Shown here: in pieces, positions 12,930-25,791 of the stretch
Numbering within the stretch: the stretch's first letter is position 1
How the letters are laid out: each line of letters begins with the position of its first letter
NCBI GenBank assembly: GCA_013265495.1
Contig: MU057989.1
Location: forward strand, 1,069,513 to 1,133,512
Source: Vicugna vicugna
Lineage: Eukaryota
Reading direction: 5' to 3'
Length of the DNA: 64,000 nucleotides
The notes under the pieces: model-generated
What the model saw: only the letters and a program-made list of their open reading frames with translations
Told to the model about the DNA's origin: nothing
Databases searched by the model: none
Program-made: the position numbers and the translations under genes

Positions 12930-13804
12930 CGCGCACGCCGCCGCCGGGCTCCGGGCACGCGCACGGTGCGCGCGCCGGGACGGCAGGGCTGCGGGACGGG
13001 GGCGGGACGCGCGCTGAGGCCCCGCCCTCCACCCTCCACTCCGCCCTCTGCCCGGGGCCGTGCCGCGCCCAAGCAGCGGGCTGCAAGCACTGCGGGCCTG
13101 AGGGGGCTGCGGGGCTGCGGGCTTTCTGGGGATGCGGGGGCTACCGGCACAGAGAGAGCTGAGAGACCACCATTCCCTGCTGCTCGACCCCAGACCCGCT
13201 CGGGGAAACCTAAGGGCATCTGCTAGTTAAGGAGCAACTGGAGTGTGACGTTTGGGACATGAAAATGTTTGCCCTCCCCTCGGTGCACTTTGTTTATAAA
13301 TGAAAGTTTGCAACTATTGTATTTGCCTAAAGGGAGGCTCCCCTTTCTTCATAAGCAATGAGCAAGTGTCACCCAGGACACTGGCCCCTCCTTGAGCTTG
13401 TTCCAGGGCCACCTCCGCAGTGCGGTCCCAGCCCCAGCCTCTGCTGACCCAGCCGGGCAGGCCTCCAGGGGGCCGTGGTTGGCCCTAGAAAGCTAGTGCC
13501 ACTGAGAACCAGCTCCTCCAGCCCCAGGGAGAGTTTCCCTTTCCATCCTTGGGTCGTTTCACCCTCCTCCTGAACAACTGTGTTTCCCTTTTCACAAATG
13601 AGATTTTCAAAGGAGTCTGCTACTCCTGGGGCAGTCCTTGGAGGGGCCTCCGTAGGCATTGTCTGCCACGTATAAGTACAGTTCTGTGCTCTCCAGTGCA
13701 CCAGTCCTGACCCTTCCCCTCCCCATACTTTGCAGTACCTCTTGCCAGTCATGGGGGTCTGCTCCCTCCTTCCCCACCCCCAGGTTTCAGTGTTGAATTA
13801 GAAA

Positions 13805-14640
13805 ATAGTAAAATGTGGGCTGTCCATGTTGCGGAATATTACTCAGCCATAAAAAGGAGTGCCGTGCTATTTCATGCTGCACCGCTGGAGGAGCCTTGAA
13901 ACACGACGCTAAGTGGGAAAAAAAACAGGAAAGACTACACATTGTATATTCTTTTTATATGAAATGTCCCAGAAGAGGCAAGCCATAGAGACAGAAAGCA
14001 GATTAGAAATTGCCAGAGGCTGGAGGTAATGGGAATAAGTGAGTGCTAATGGGTAAGGGGTTTCTTTGAGGGGTGATGGAATATTCCAGAACTAAATGGA
14101 GGTGCTGGTCACACAACACTGTGAGAGTACTGAATACCACTGAATTGTATGCTTTTAAATGGTTTAAATGGAAATTTTATGTGTATTTTATCACAATAAA
14201 GGAAAAAGAAAAAAGTAACACAGTATCTTTGCTGTGGTATTTCTGCAAAAAAGTGTATAACCTCAGTCTAATCATGAGAAAACATCAGACGAACTTGAAT
14301 TGAGAAATATTTCTTCCCAGTAATTGACCAGTCCTCATCCAAAGTGTCAAGGTCATGAAAGACAAAAAAAGACTGAGGAACTATCACAAATCGCAGAAAA
14401 CTAAGGGATACAACAACTAAATGGAACACAGGATCCTGATTTGAAATCTGGAACAGAAAAATAAGGTCTGCAGTTTAGTTAATGGCGTTACATTGTGAGA
14501 TGTTAATTTCCTGGTTTTGATCATGGTACTATGATTAGGTATGATGTTAGCCCTAGGGGAAGCTTCGGTGTAGGGGATAGGGGAACTGTCTACTGTATTT
14601 TACAGCTTTGAAATTATTTCAAAATAAAAGTCAAAAAAGT
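13805..14640 (+). mobile_element. Old L1 (L1MB/L1MC-like) 3' end fragments, two adjacent pieces
   Basis: ggaatattactcagccataaaaagga...gtattttatcacaataaa, followed by a second 3'UTR-like piece ending aattatttcaaaataaaag. Confidence 0.7.
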
Positions 14641-14726
14641 TAAAAACCAACCTTTCTTGAACTTGGACTAAGTGCCAGACACTCTCTCATACTCCATATT
14701 TACAGATGAAGAAATTGAGGTTCAGA

Positions 14727-14922
14727 CAAGCTACTATATACAACATAGATAAACAACAAGGTCCTACTGTAGAGCACAGGGAACTATATTCAGTAGCCTG
14801 TAATAACCTATACTGAAAAAGAATATATATACATATAACTGAATCACTATGCTGTACACCAGAAAGTAACACAACATTGTGAATTGAGTATACTTCAATT
14901 AAAAAAAGAAAAAGAAAAAAGA
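14727..14922 (+). mobile_element. 5'-truncated younger L1 3' end inserted in a MIR
   Basis: aacaaggtcctactgtagagcacagggaac...acaacattgtgaattgagtatacttcaatt plus A-tail; TSD aagaaattgaggttcaga (14709-14726) / aagaaatgaggttcaga (14923-14939). Confidence 0.85.
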
Positions 14923-15822
14923 AAGAAATGAGGTTCAGAAGAGTTGAGTGCCCGCTACAAGCTACTAAGATAAAAAGAAGTAACTTCTCTGTTGACTGAA
15001 TGTGTCGTAAGTGCCAGAAACCACTGGACACTTTCACTTGTGACCTTTTTGGTCCTTACCACAACCCACTGAGGTAGACATTATTGTCCCTATTTTAGAG
15101 ATGTGAAACTGAGGGTGGGAGAGTGGTATGCCCAAAGTCAGACAATGGGCTAGGGACATAGTTCAGATTCAAAACCAGATTGGACTCCTGTGGCCACGAA
15201 TCTCTGAACAGCCAGGCACCACCCTCTCTGAGCTTCCAGGTGGCCCTTTTACTATCCCCCTGTCTCATATGGTGACCAACCTAACTGGACAGGAAGTCCT
15301 TGGAGACAGGGTTCACAGTACACCTAACCCTAATTCATGCAACCCCACACTCCTCATTCCTGATTTCCTTCAATCAACTGAAAAATTGCCTGTCTGTGCT
15401 TTTCTTCCCCCCAACAAACCATTTCAGTCCACCCATCATTTCTGGTGACTTTGACGTTATAAATAAATTAGTCATGTCAGATTTTTGACTTGGGGAATAA
15501 TCATACCCATCTCCCTCCTTCTTTTTTGTATGTCTTCCAGAAGCAGTTGGGCAGCATTCCCTGCCACTGAAACCTATAAACTGCCAGAGCATTCTCTATC
15601 TCCTGGTTAGGGCATGAATCTTCCAGAAACCCTTGGGATTGGGGGCGATGTGCCTGACACTGTGCATTAGGCCCTGGGTGTACAATGATACACCATCTCT
15701 GTCCTTAAGGGGCTTACAGGAGCTGGGAAAGATGCCATGGAAGGGGATGGGTTAAGAAAGTGGAATCAACATCCAAATGAAGCCTATTTGTTGTGATTGG
15801 TTGAGGTACCTCTTATGTCTAC

Positions 15823-16692
15823 TTTTTTTTAATAGATTGTTTTCTATGGAAGTATAGTCGATTTACAACGTTGTGTTAATTTCTGGTGTACAGCATAGTG
15901 ATTCATATATATATATATATTCCTTTTCATATTCTTTTTCATTATATGCCATTACAAGGTATTGAATATAGTTCCCTGTGCTACTCAGTAGGACCTTGTT
16001 GTTTTATCTGTTTTAACTTATAGTGGTGTGTATCTGCAAATCCCAAACTCCCAATTTATCCTTCCCCACTTCCTTTCCCCCTGGTAACCATAAGTTTGTT
16101 TTCTGTCTGTGAGTCTATTCTGTTTTGTAAATAAGCTCATTTATGTCCTTTTTTTTTTTAAGATTCCGCATATAAGTGATACCATATGGTATTTTTCTTT
16201 CTCATTCTAGCTTACTTCACTTAGTACAATGATCTCCAGGTCCATCCATGTTGCTGCAAATGGCATTATTTCTTTCTTTTTTATGGCTGAGTAGTATTCC
16301 ATTGTATAAATATACTACAGCTTCTTCTCTTAAAAAAAAAAACTTCTGCTCTTTATTTTTTTAATTTTATTCTTATTTTAATTTGGGGGGGAGGTAATTA
16401 TGTTTATCTATTTATTTATTACTTTTGGTGGAGGTACTGGGTATTGAACCCAGGACCTCATGCATGCTAGGCATGCATTCTAACACTGAGCTATACCCTC
16501 CCCCTACCACAACTTCTTTATCTAGTCATCTGTCCATGCACATTTAGGGTGCTTCCATGTCATGGCTATTGTAAATAGTGCTGCAATGAACATTGGGGTG
16601 CATGTATCTTTTCAAATTAGAGTTTCCTCCAAATATTTGCCCAGAAGTAGGATTGCTGGATGACAGGGTAAGTCTATTTTCAGTTTTTTAAG
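15823..16692 (-). mobile_element. L1 3' end (cetartiodactyl type) interrupted by a SINE
   Basis: Reverse complement of the same L1 3'UTR seen at 14.7, 22 and 31 kb (gaagtatagtcgatttacaacgttgtg...ccatccatgttgctgcaaatggcatt...). Confidence 0.85.
16328..16504 (-). mobile_element. vic-1-like tRNA-derived SINE nested in L1
   Basis: gaggtactgggtattgaacccaggacctcatgcatgctag...ctgagctataccctccccc; degenerate TSD tactacagcttctt / taccacaacttctt. Confidence 0.85.
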
Positions 16693-18115
16693 GATAGATT
16701 TATTTTTTATTGAGGTAACAGGATCTAGATTCAAACAAATCAACTATAATATTTTATGAGACGACCAGGGAAATCTGAACACTGTATTTGATGATTGCCA
16801 ATAAAATTTTGTTACAATGGTTAAAAAGAAGGAAAGAAAGAAAGAAAATGAACATGAAATTTAATTAGGCTTGGTGACAGATTGCAAAAGAGAGAGCTCT
16901 ACAAAGTAGTTTAACTACATTCCCGTAATTCCAAGACGTGGAGGGGAGTCACTGGAGGGTCCTGGGTCCCTTCTTCTCCACCCCTAGAAAGCATAAAGGT
17001 GCCTGATACCCAGCAGATACAAGAATGATGCTTTCTCCAACCATTCAACTCAGGTTGCTGATAGATCTGCCAGCTTTCTCTCCACATGTGATGTGTGTCA
17101 ACCTTCCACCCAGACACCGTGTGAATCAGAATGTGTCTGTACAATCTCTACAAAAGTTTTTGGAAAGCCTTGCCGGCCTCATGCTGCCATCCATGTTCAC
17201 CTGATCGGTGAGGGCCTCAGCGCTGAGCTATTAGAATTCACCCAGGTGACAACTATGATTGGCTTTGACAACTGTGACTGCCTCCATGTGGACACAGCTC
17301 CAAATTATTTTTGGTTGTCAGATAGGCAACCCTCTTGGAGAACCCCTGGAAGATGAGACTCCCTGCTCTTATCCAATCATGTGTTCCAAGCTTTGATTAC
17401 AAGCTTTGAGTCCTTTTTTCTTTCAACTGAGGAAAGTCAGGAGGGTAGGAATCTAGCCACATACTTTTTTTCCACCATCGATTTCCTCCATCCTGTTGGC
17501 TGGTCACAAGTCTCTGGCAGCTGCTTTCATGCTGGCAGAGAATCAGCTGTCCGGGCAAAACCTACGACTGATTAGAGAAGATCACCAAAATCCCTTGCAG
17601 TTTCCTCTAAAATCCAGGAGTCTTCAGTCTAGTCATTTATAGGGACTATATCCTGCTGGGCCTGGCACAGAGCCCAATAACACTTCACTGAATGAAGCAG
17701 ATGGGAATTAAAAGAAATAGGATGTACGTGCAATAGCTGAGCTCTCGGTTACTTTTAATAAGCAGAATAGGTAACATTTTAATGTAATGCTTATGAGTTT
17801 ATAGCTCTTTCTGCTCTGTCATGTTTATAGTAGAGGCTCTGGCTTGAACCTAAAGCTAAAAGAGGTGATGGACATATTTATGACCCCATGGGGCCAGGGA
17901 GGACCAATCCTGGAAGCAACCACATTTTGAAGTAAGGAGGAGCTAGTTGGTTGACCAGCAAGAGCTTGGTTGAGAGAGAGGATGGGGGATTCTGAATAAA
18001 GCATGGTGTCTGTCACTATATTTGTCAACAGTCCTGCTGGACTGTTGATCCCACCCCATCCTGTGAGTAATGGTGAGGAACTTTGGAGTAGATATAAGCA
18101 AAACAGCATAAGAAC

Positions 18116-18668
18116 TGTGCAGTGAATTGAAGAGTGTACCTCCCAAATTCATGCCCACTTGGAACCTGAAAAATCTGACCTTATTTGGAAACAGGGTTTT
18201 AGCAGAGGTAATTAGTTAGATGAGATCATACTGGATTATGGTGCGAACACTTTTAAGGAGAGGGGAGGGGAATACCTCAAGGGTAGAGCATGTGCTTAGC
18301 ATGCACAAGGTCCTGGGTTCAATCCCCAGTACCTCTGTTTAGCAAATAAATATAAACCCAATTGCCTCCCGCCCCCTCCCCAAAATAAAGAGGAGAGGAT
18401 GCAGAGACATGGAGAAGAGGCCATGGAAAGACACACAAAGAGATTGGAGAGAGGCACCTACAAGCCAAGGAACACTGAGCATTGCCAGGAACCACCGAAA
18501 GCTGTAAGAGACAGGAATGGTCTTCCCTAGGCCCTTCAGAGTGATCCTGGCCCTGCCAGCACCTTGATTTCTGACTTATGGCCTCCAGAAGTGTGAGAGA
18601 ATAAATCTGTTGCCTGAAGCCACCAAGTTTGTGGTCATGTGTTATGGTAGCCCCAGAAAACTCATACA
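18116..18668 (+). mobile_element. MaLR (MLT1-like) solo LTR
   Basis: Typical MLT1 blocks: gaccttatttggaaacaggg, caagccaagga, cctccagaagtgtgagagaataaatctgttg, end aaactcataca. Confidence 0.78.
18262..18390 (+). mobile_element. vic-1-like SINE nested in the MLT1 LTR
   Basis: ggtagagcatgtgcttagcatgcacaaggtcctgggttcaatccccagtacctc; flanked by aggagagg repeats. Confidence 0.85.
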
Positions 18669-19129
18669 AACAGTTTCATCACAAACTCTGCAAGTCAGGG
18701 TACAACTAGCATTGCCCTCTAACAGCATAGACACAAGGGTCAGAAGAAACCTTTAGTGAGAGCTGACAGCTTCTGGGGACCCCCACGGACACCACAGGAG
18801 GACAGAGATCTGCGCTACCTCGTGTGGGTGAGAAAGAGGAGGAATCAGGTCACTCTTGTTCAAAAAAGGCTCTAGAGAGGCCTGAGGGGACTCCAGTCAC
18901 ACCTTATCATGCGCACTTTACAGACAAGAAGCTTGAGCCAAGAGAAATAAAGCACTGTGCCAACAGCTGTAGAGTTGTCAAGCATCTTATGGCTTCCAGC
19001 GTTGGTGCCATTCTGGCTCTTGGGCCTCAGTATGAAATCTGTTTTCCCTCTGGCAGGTCTCTCTGTAGCTCTGAAACTTCACCAGGCTGGATCTTGGTGG
19101 CAGTCCACTGCGTTCACCCATTGTGTTGG

Positions 19130-19690
19130 GTGTCTGCTGGTCCCTTTCCACCTGGAGACTCAAGTTTGTCGTTTCCAGGAAGTTTTCTGGGATTGTTTCT
19201 TTGATGATTTCTCTCTTCTGTTTTCCCTGTGCTCTTTCTCAAAAACCTATTATTGGATGCCTGACCTCTTGAACCGTTCCTCTCATTTTCTTATTTCTAT
19301 TTTCCAAGTCTATGACTTTCTCTTTTCTCTTTCATTTTTTTGCTCAACATTCTGGGAGATTTCCTCAACTTTACTGTTTCATCTTTTATTGAGACTTTCT
19401 TTCTATCCTGTTTTCTCTTCAACAACTTGGCACAATAATAATAATTCTGCTGTCATGTTTTAATATCAAATAATTTTTCTGCCTTCTGAATTTTTTAATC
19501 TCACCTTTTTCTCATTTCACCAAGTAGTAACTTCTCACCTCTCTGAAGATAGATTTTTTTAAATATCCTGTTGCATCATCTCCATTTTTTTCTAGTTGTT
19601 CTTGCCTTTTTCAAGTTAGAGGCTCTTACATGTCTGGTCAGTCTTTAGGGTCTACTCATGGTTCAGAGGCATCAATAAAAAGCTGGGGCT
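19130..19690 (-). mobile_element. Old L1 internal fragment
   Basis: T-rich degenerate sequence with L1-antisense-like motifs (tctgggagatttcctcaactt). Confidence 0.45.
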
Positions 19691-20824
19691 TGTCAACCAC
19701 AGTGGTTCCCAGTCCCCAGCCATATGCTGCAATCCGCTGGGAAGCTTGTGGACACTAAAGGCCTGACCCCACCCTCAGAAATTCTGAGTAAACTTTTGGA
19801 GATGGGGAGGGGTATAGGAGGGTATTTCAAACCTCCGCAGGTGATTCTTATGATCATGTATTGCTTTAGAATATTCTCCCGCCCATGTCAGTATGTCCAG
19901 GTGTTTTTCCTTAGATTAGTCAGGTTTTCCAGAGAAGGTTTTTCCAGCCCGGCTGCCACTCGGCTGAGAAGGGAAGAGGCTGGAAGTCTCAGCATTCAGC
20001 ATCCAAACTTCCATTAGCAAACCATCATCAGGGATAGTTTCAGTCCTGTTGGAGTGCTGCTAACTTTTACCCTGGAGCCCTCCTGTGACAGTCACTTGCA
20101 TGATAAATCTGCATCCATCTGTATCCACTGTGATAGAACCCTGTATACCCGCTACAATGATGTATGTGTATTTAGGCACATGATGGTATCGAATTCTCAT
20201 TAACACTCCTCAAACAGGAAGTGTGTGAGTCAGATAAGTATAACTGCAATGCCAATAAATAATTTTTTTCAAACACAGAAAAACTCCAGGAGAAAGTCTC
20301 CACCACCACACACAATACACACCGAGAAGGTGTTGAGTCCAGGCTGTACGCAACCAGCCGTCTTTTCTGGCTCTCTCTGCTGTGCCCATTCATGCATCGT
20401 GTTCCGATGATCTGTGATGCTCCATGGCAAGGTCCTTACACGAGCTGTGATAAGAACTCAGCATTCAAGTAATGTGGTAGGACTGCTTGGGTGAGATAAG
20501 CTTTCTCATGTGCAGTGAGCAGCAGAGCCCTAGAGAAGACTCCAAGATATTTCCAAAGTGTGCTCTCAACTAACCGCCAACTCTTATTACACTCACGGTA
20601 GCCTTTGGTGCTAAGATTCTTGTTGCTCTTGGTGGCTATATATTTGCAGTTTTCTGGGAATAGTGTCATAATTTGGGCAACATCCAATACTCTTTTAGAT
20701 GCAACCATGAGACAGCTCTCCTGGAAGGGGGAGCCAGTGGGTCTGGATGCCCTGGCTTCTATCCAGACCTTCCCACTCTCAGTAATGGTTAGTTACGGGT
20801 CTTCTTAGTCTTACGGGTCTGCAG

Positions 20825-21212
20825 TGTTACAGACTGAACTGTGTCCCCTCAAAATTTATATGTTGAAGTCCCAATCCCCCATATCTTAGAATGTGACTGC
20901 ATTTGGAGAGACATTCTTTAAAGGGGTGATTGTGTTAAAATGAGGTCATGAAGGTGGCCCTAAATCCGATGTGACTGGTGTCCTTATAAGAAGGAAATCT
21001 GGACACTTCCATGTGCAGAGGAAGATGATGTGTAGAAACACAAGGAGAAGACAGCCGTCTACAAGCCAAGGAGAGAAACACAGAAGAAACCAGTCCACCT
21101 GACATCTTGGTCTTGAATTTCGAGCTCCCTGAACTTTGGGAGAATAAATCCCTGCTGTTTAAGCTGCCCAGTTTGTGGCACTTTGTTGTGGCAGCCCTAG
21201 CAAACTAATATG
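20825..21212 (+). mobile_element. MaLR (MLT1A/B-like) solo LTR
   Basis: tgttacagactgaactgtgtcccctcaaaatttatatgttgaagtcc ... gactggtgtccttataagaagg ... gcagccctagcaaactaata. Confidence 0.8.
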
Positions 21213-21245
21213 TACAGAAGATTTTTTAATGTGTATTTTACTGCA

Positions 21246-21247
<2 letters not shown>

Positions 21248-21277
<30 letters not shown>
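21248..21277. repeat. (TAA)10 microsatellite
   Basis: Directly visible. Confidence 0.95.
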
Positions 21278-21929
21278 GCCTATAAACAGGCAAGTGGAAA
21301 AAAATCACCAAACCTATTTAAAATTTTCTTCTCCCTTTGGTCCTTTTTCTGGTTCTTTCCCCCTCACCCTGTACATCTGCCCCTTTTGTGCCCTTCCTGG
21401 CAAGACTACTGAGAGACAGGCATATGGAGTTCCTGAGATGGAGTTCATCACAGGAATGGCCCCAAGGAAAGTGGTGAACTTTCACCCACTTCTCCGTGAC
21501 TAACAAGCTGACCCTCTTTGTGTTCCCCTAGCAATTTGGACTGCTTCTGTTATTTAGCAGAATGCAACTTAAAACTAGGTGAGTGGCTCGCTCCTCTAAG
21601 GCTCTCAACACCTGAAAGGCAGAGATGGGTGCAGCAAGGTCTGGTAGCAGGGCTCCTGAGCCAGGGGCTTCTGTCTCGACTGTCACCCTCCATTCCACAG
21701 CTGCTGCTGGAAGCCAGCTGGTGATCATAAAAGGATGGAGAACAGCTAGAACCCAGATGCAAAATCTGGGTCTGTTGAACAGAGAACATGTATCTGCAGT
21801 TGGATTCTGCCTGTTTGAGAACCAAGAGTCTTTAAGCACCTTTTAAATCCTGGAAACATTAAAAGCTTGGATACCACCTTTTCCTCCCTTCTTGAGTTAC
21901 ACAAAGGTACATTCAGAGATATGGGGTAT

Positions 21930-22596
21930 GCAAATGATCCAGCAATCCCACGTGTGGGCATGTATCCAGAAAAAAACTCTCTAATTCAAAAAGATACATG
22001 CACCTCAATATTCATAGCAGCACTATTTACTGTAGTCAAGACATGGAAGCAACTTGAATGTCCATCAACAGATGACTGGATAAAGAAGCTGTGGTGTGTG
22101 TATACACACACACACACACACACACACACATTATACACACATACATATATATTATGGAATACTACTCAGCTTTAAAAAAGAATAAAATAATGCCATTTGC
22201 AGCAACATGGGTGGACCTAGAGATTATCATACAAAGTGACAGAAGTCAGGGAAAGACAAATATCATATGACATCACTTACAAGTGAAATCTAAAAACAAT
22301 GACACAAACTTATTTACAAAACAGAAACAGATTCACAAACATAGAAAACAAACATAGTTGCCAGAGAGAAAAGGGGATGGGGGAGGGATAAATTAGGAGT
22401 CTGGGATTAGCAGATACAAGTTAATATTTATAAAACAAATAACAAGGTCCCACTGTATAACACAGGGGACTATATTTAATAGATTATAATAACCTATAAT
22501 GAAAAAGAATATATACATGTATAACTGAATCACTATGCTGTACACTGGAAGCTAACACAACATTGTAAATCAACTATACGTCAATGAAAAAAAAAA
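21930..22596 (+). mobile_element. L1 ORF2 C-terminal end and 3'UTR, containing an (AC)13 microsatellite at 22104-22130
   Basis: ORF track shows L1 ORF2-like IFIAALFTVVKTWKQLECPSTDDWIKKLW; the 3'UTR ends in an A-tail. Confidence 0.9.
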
Positions 22597-23196
22597 TTCT
22601 AATGTCTTTAAAGACATAGGGTATAAATGCATCGGGACATAGGTTTAACACCGCATAATACAAACATGTTGGGTTTATGCAATACTGTATGGTTTGCAAG
22701 AGGCTTGTACCTACACTCCTCCTTTGATTCTCACCATAGTGCTGGCTGGTCATGGAACAGGACACTCTTGGCCTCTCACATAGTGGCAAAAACCAGGATG
22801 GGGGCAAGTCCTGAAGGTCCCAGAGCCATTCCAGTGCACCAGCGGGTCTAGATTCCCAGGCGTCCTCACTCACTATTCTCTCCACTCCACCCTGATAGTA
22901 GTAAGTACCAGTCATGGTTACTTGCTCTGTGTCGGGCATTTTCCATTTATTATCTCATTCCATCCTCAACCACCCTTCGGGGGAAGCAAGGTTTAGCAAA
23001 CAAATACTCCAGGAAGGAGCTGAGCTCAGAGGAGTCCCCAGATGCCATCTTCTAAATCAGAGCGTTCAGTTTACTCCAGTTGCACCCTGTTTGGGTCTGC
23101 TCATTTGTCTTGGGTCCCTGGTACATACAGGCAGCAGGCTGGCAGGGGTCAAGCACTGAGGCCAGGGCAGGGCCCCACATCCATGACTGGGGGAGG

Positions 23197-23636
23197 TGTT
23201 AGTTTCCGAGGGCTGCTGTCATAAATTAGTACAAGTCAGTGACTTAATAGAAATTCAATTCCCTCACAGCTCTGGAGGCAAGAAGTCCAAGATCCAGGTG
23301 CTGCCGCAGGGCCATGCTCCCTCCAGAGGCTCTCCGGAAGGACCCTTCCTTGTCTCATCCAGCTTCTGGGGACTCCCAGCGTTCCTTGGGGTGGGGGCTG
23401 CATGGCTCCAATCTCTGCCTCCATCTTCACAGGGCCCCTCTGTCTCAGGATCTCTGATCTCCTTCTGCCTCACTCTCATAAGGACCTCTGTCACTGAATT
23501 TAGGGCCCACCCAGGCAATCCAAGACAATCTCATGATCTCAAGGTCATGGCATCTCCAAAGACCCCTTTTCCAAATAAGGTCACATTCACAGGGACAAGT
23601 GGTCAGGAGATGGAGGACACTATTCAACCCACTACA
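23197..23636 (-). mobile_element. MaLR (MLT1C/D-like) solo LTR
   Basis: ctcacagctctggaggcaagaagtccaagatccaggtg ... ttccaaataaggtcacattcacagg ... attcaacccactaca. Confidence 0.78.
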
Positions 23637-24712
23637 GGAAGGAGGCAAGTTGAGGCCTGTAGTGTCATCCTGTCCGTCAGTGGGGACAGGGGTGCAGTGG
23701 TAGCTTCTCCTGCCACAACCCTAGGACGGGCCGGGCCTCCAGCTCGCCGGCAGCAGGGCCAAGGCCAGGCAGCCCGTCCTCCAAGAATCAGGGGACAGGG
23801 CCAGCATACTGGTGCCCAGGGCAGCGAGCAAACACAGCCCTGGGCTGGGGAGGGCAGAGATCAATGGTTCCTGAGATTCAGGGAGGTTGGGGACAGAATG
23901 GTAATTCCAAAGGCCCCAGGCAGCGTTGCCAGGACAGCATAAAATCTCATTCCTGGGCTGCTTAGTTATCCTGAGAAGGCGGAAGTTGTGTTAATTGCCT
24001 GTGCTGCGGCCGGGGGGCTCTGCAGTGTGATGAGGGGGCCAGCCTCATCAGACTCAACTCCGGCCCAGACCTGGTCTTCCTCCTGATGCCTCATCAGCTG
24101 AGCCCGTGGTCACGGTGCCATCTGCAGGAGTGCGGCTCCACCAGTGTCCAGCCAGGGAGGGTGGCCAGGCAGCATGACCCAGCTGTCAGGTCAGGGACAC
24201 AGCAGAGAGCTGGCCGGTCTTCTTCCTGCTGGACGCGAGGTGGAGTCTGAGGTAGCTGGCCACAGGCAAGTCTACACTTCAGTTACACTCAACAAACCTG
24301 CTCCCAACGAGCAGGGAAAGGGGGAAAAGGGGGTGGAGGAGGGCAAATGCCTCAAAGACCTGCAAGCCCCACCCAGGCTCAGGGAAGGAGGTGGAGCTTC
24401 TTGGGGATTCTGGAAGAGGCAGCCGGACTGTGTGCGGCTAAAGCAGTGGGCTCCACACTGGGACTGCCTGGCTTCAAACCCCAGCCCCACACCTCACCGT
24501 GCAGCCTTGGGCTAGTTACTTAAACTCTCTCAACCTAAGAGCTCTTATCTACAAACTGAGGCTCAAAATAGAACCTACTTCACACAGCTGTTATGAGGAT
24601 TAAAGTAAACAAGCCAAAGAAAGCCCTTAACACAGTACCTGGTATGTAGTAAATACTCAACTAATGCCAGTCATTAAAACCAGTGACATCTGAGGTGAGC
24701 CTTGTGGAAGGG

Positions 24713-25076
24713 TGTGAGGATAATTTTATGTGACAACTTGGCTAGGCCATGGAGACCAGTTGTTTGGTGTAGATGTTGCTGTGCAGGTGCTTTTTAGACA
24801 TGCTGAACATTTAAATCTGTAGCCTCTGAGTCAAACTGGTCACCCTCCCTAGTGAGGGTGGGCCTCATCCAATCAGCTGAAGGCCCTAAGCGAAAAGACC
24901 AAGGTCCCCTGAGGAGGAAAGAATTCTGCCTTCAGATTACAGACTGCAATGTCAACTCTTCTCATTTTCCAGCCTGCCGGCCTCCCCTGTGGATTTCCGA
25001 CTTTCATTCACCACAACCTCCCTCTATAAATACACATCCCACTGGCTCTGTTTCTTGGGAGACCCTGACTGACACA
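24713..25076 (+). mobile_element. ERVL MLT2-like LTR
   Basis: taattttatgtgacaacttggctaggcc ... gggtgggcctcatccaatcagctgaaggcc ... ctgtttcttgggagaccctgactgacaca. Confidence 0.72.
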
Positions 25077-25544
25077 CTGACACTGCGTCTTCCAATCCAT
25101 GTTCAGGGCTGGGGGGCTCCCTGTGAGGGAGGAGGCAGCGCTCAGTCACAAGAGAGAAACGGACGTTGAAGCCAATGAAGCATCTGCTCTCAGGGGCTTC
25201 GCACGGACAAGAGGCGGGACGTCACCATCTCATAGTGGGGCCCGAGGCTCAGGGCTGAAGGGACATCTTCAGCATTACCAACTAGGAACAGTGCTGCTAG
25301 ATTGGAACCCGGATCTGCCTGCCTCACAAACCCGTGGCTTCTCCCATCCGTCAAGTGACCTCCATCGGGGAAGGAGAGAAATCAGCACGTTGTCAGGGAA
25401 GAGGGTAGAGCGTTGGGGGACCGGACATGGAGAACAGACAGACCTCAGAGGAACCACAGCAATGCAAACTAGGCAGACAGGGATGGGTGAGCCCAGCACT
25501 GCTTGAAGGGTTAACTGCATTTGATTTAAAGATGCCCTGTTTGG

Positions 25545-25791
25545 GCTCAGTGTCAACTCTCCCCAGGTCTCCAGCCTGCCTCCGGCCCTGCAGACTTCAG
25601 ATTTGCCAGCCCCACAATCATGTGCACTAATTCCTTAAAATAAATCTCTCTGCAGATGAATGGATGGATCGATGGATCTAGATATACAGATATCTGTAGA
25701 CAAATCGAGATCCATTGATTTCTATCATCTGTCTATCTACCCATCTGTCTATTCATCTGTTGGTTCTGTTTCTCTGGGGAACTCTAACACA
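25545..25791 (+). mobile_element. MLT2-like LTR 3' half with internal GATA/TATC low-complexity tract
   Basis: ccagccccacaatcatgtgcactaattccttaaaataaatctctc ... ttggttctgtttctctggggaactctaacaca. Confidence 0.65.

Larger units (their letters stand above)
11480..13150. promoter_or_regulatory. ADCY9: CpG island / promoter of ADCY9
   Basis: Very high GC and CpG density, (GCC)n runs and GC boxes (ggggcggg ~12998-13006, cccgccc ~13021) overlapping the 5' end of ADCY9. Confidence 0.93.

Noticed and set aside
12054..13226. Many long Ala/Arg/Pro/Gly-rich ORFs on both strands
   Set aside because: Caused by stop-codon scarcity in a CpG island; several span the N gap; no recognisable domains
16911..17144. 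Retroviral integrase fragment (LIHTVSGW)
   Set aside because: Spacing to the next expected motif is wrong, and there is no flanking LTR pair or other pol motifs
20436..20708. Harbinger/PIF transposase remnant (RLVEST-FG resemblance)
   Set aside because: Requires a frameshift and rests on a few residues; no other DDE motifs or TIRs seen; the segment is kept only as an exon-like candidate
23196..23942. 248-aa plus-strand ORF
   Set aside because: Non-ATG start; mostly the antisense of an MLT1 LTR running into GC-rich flank; no recognisable protein
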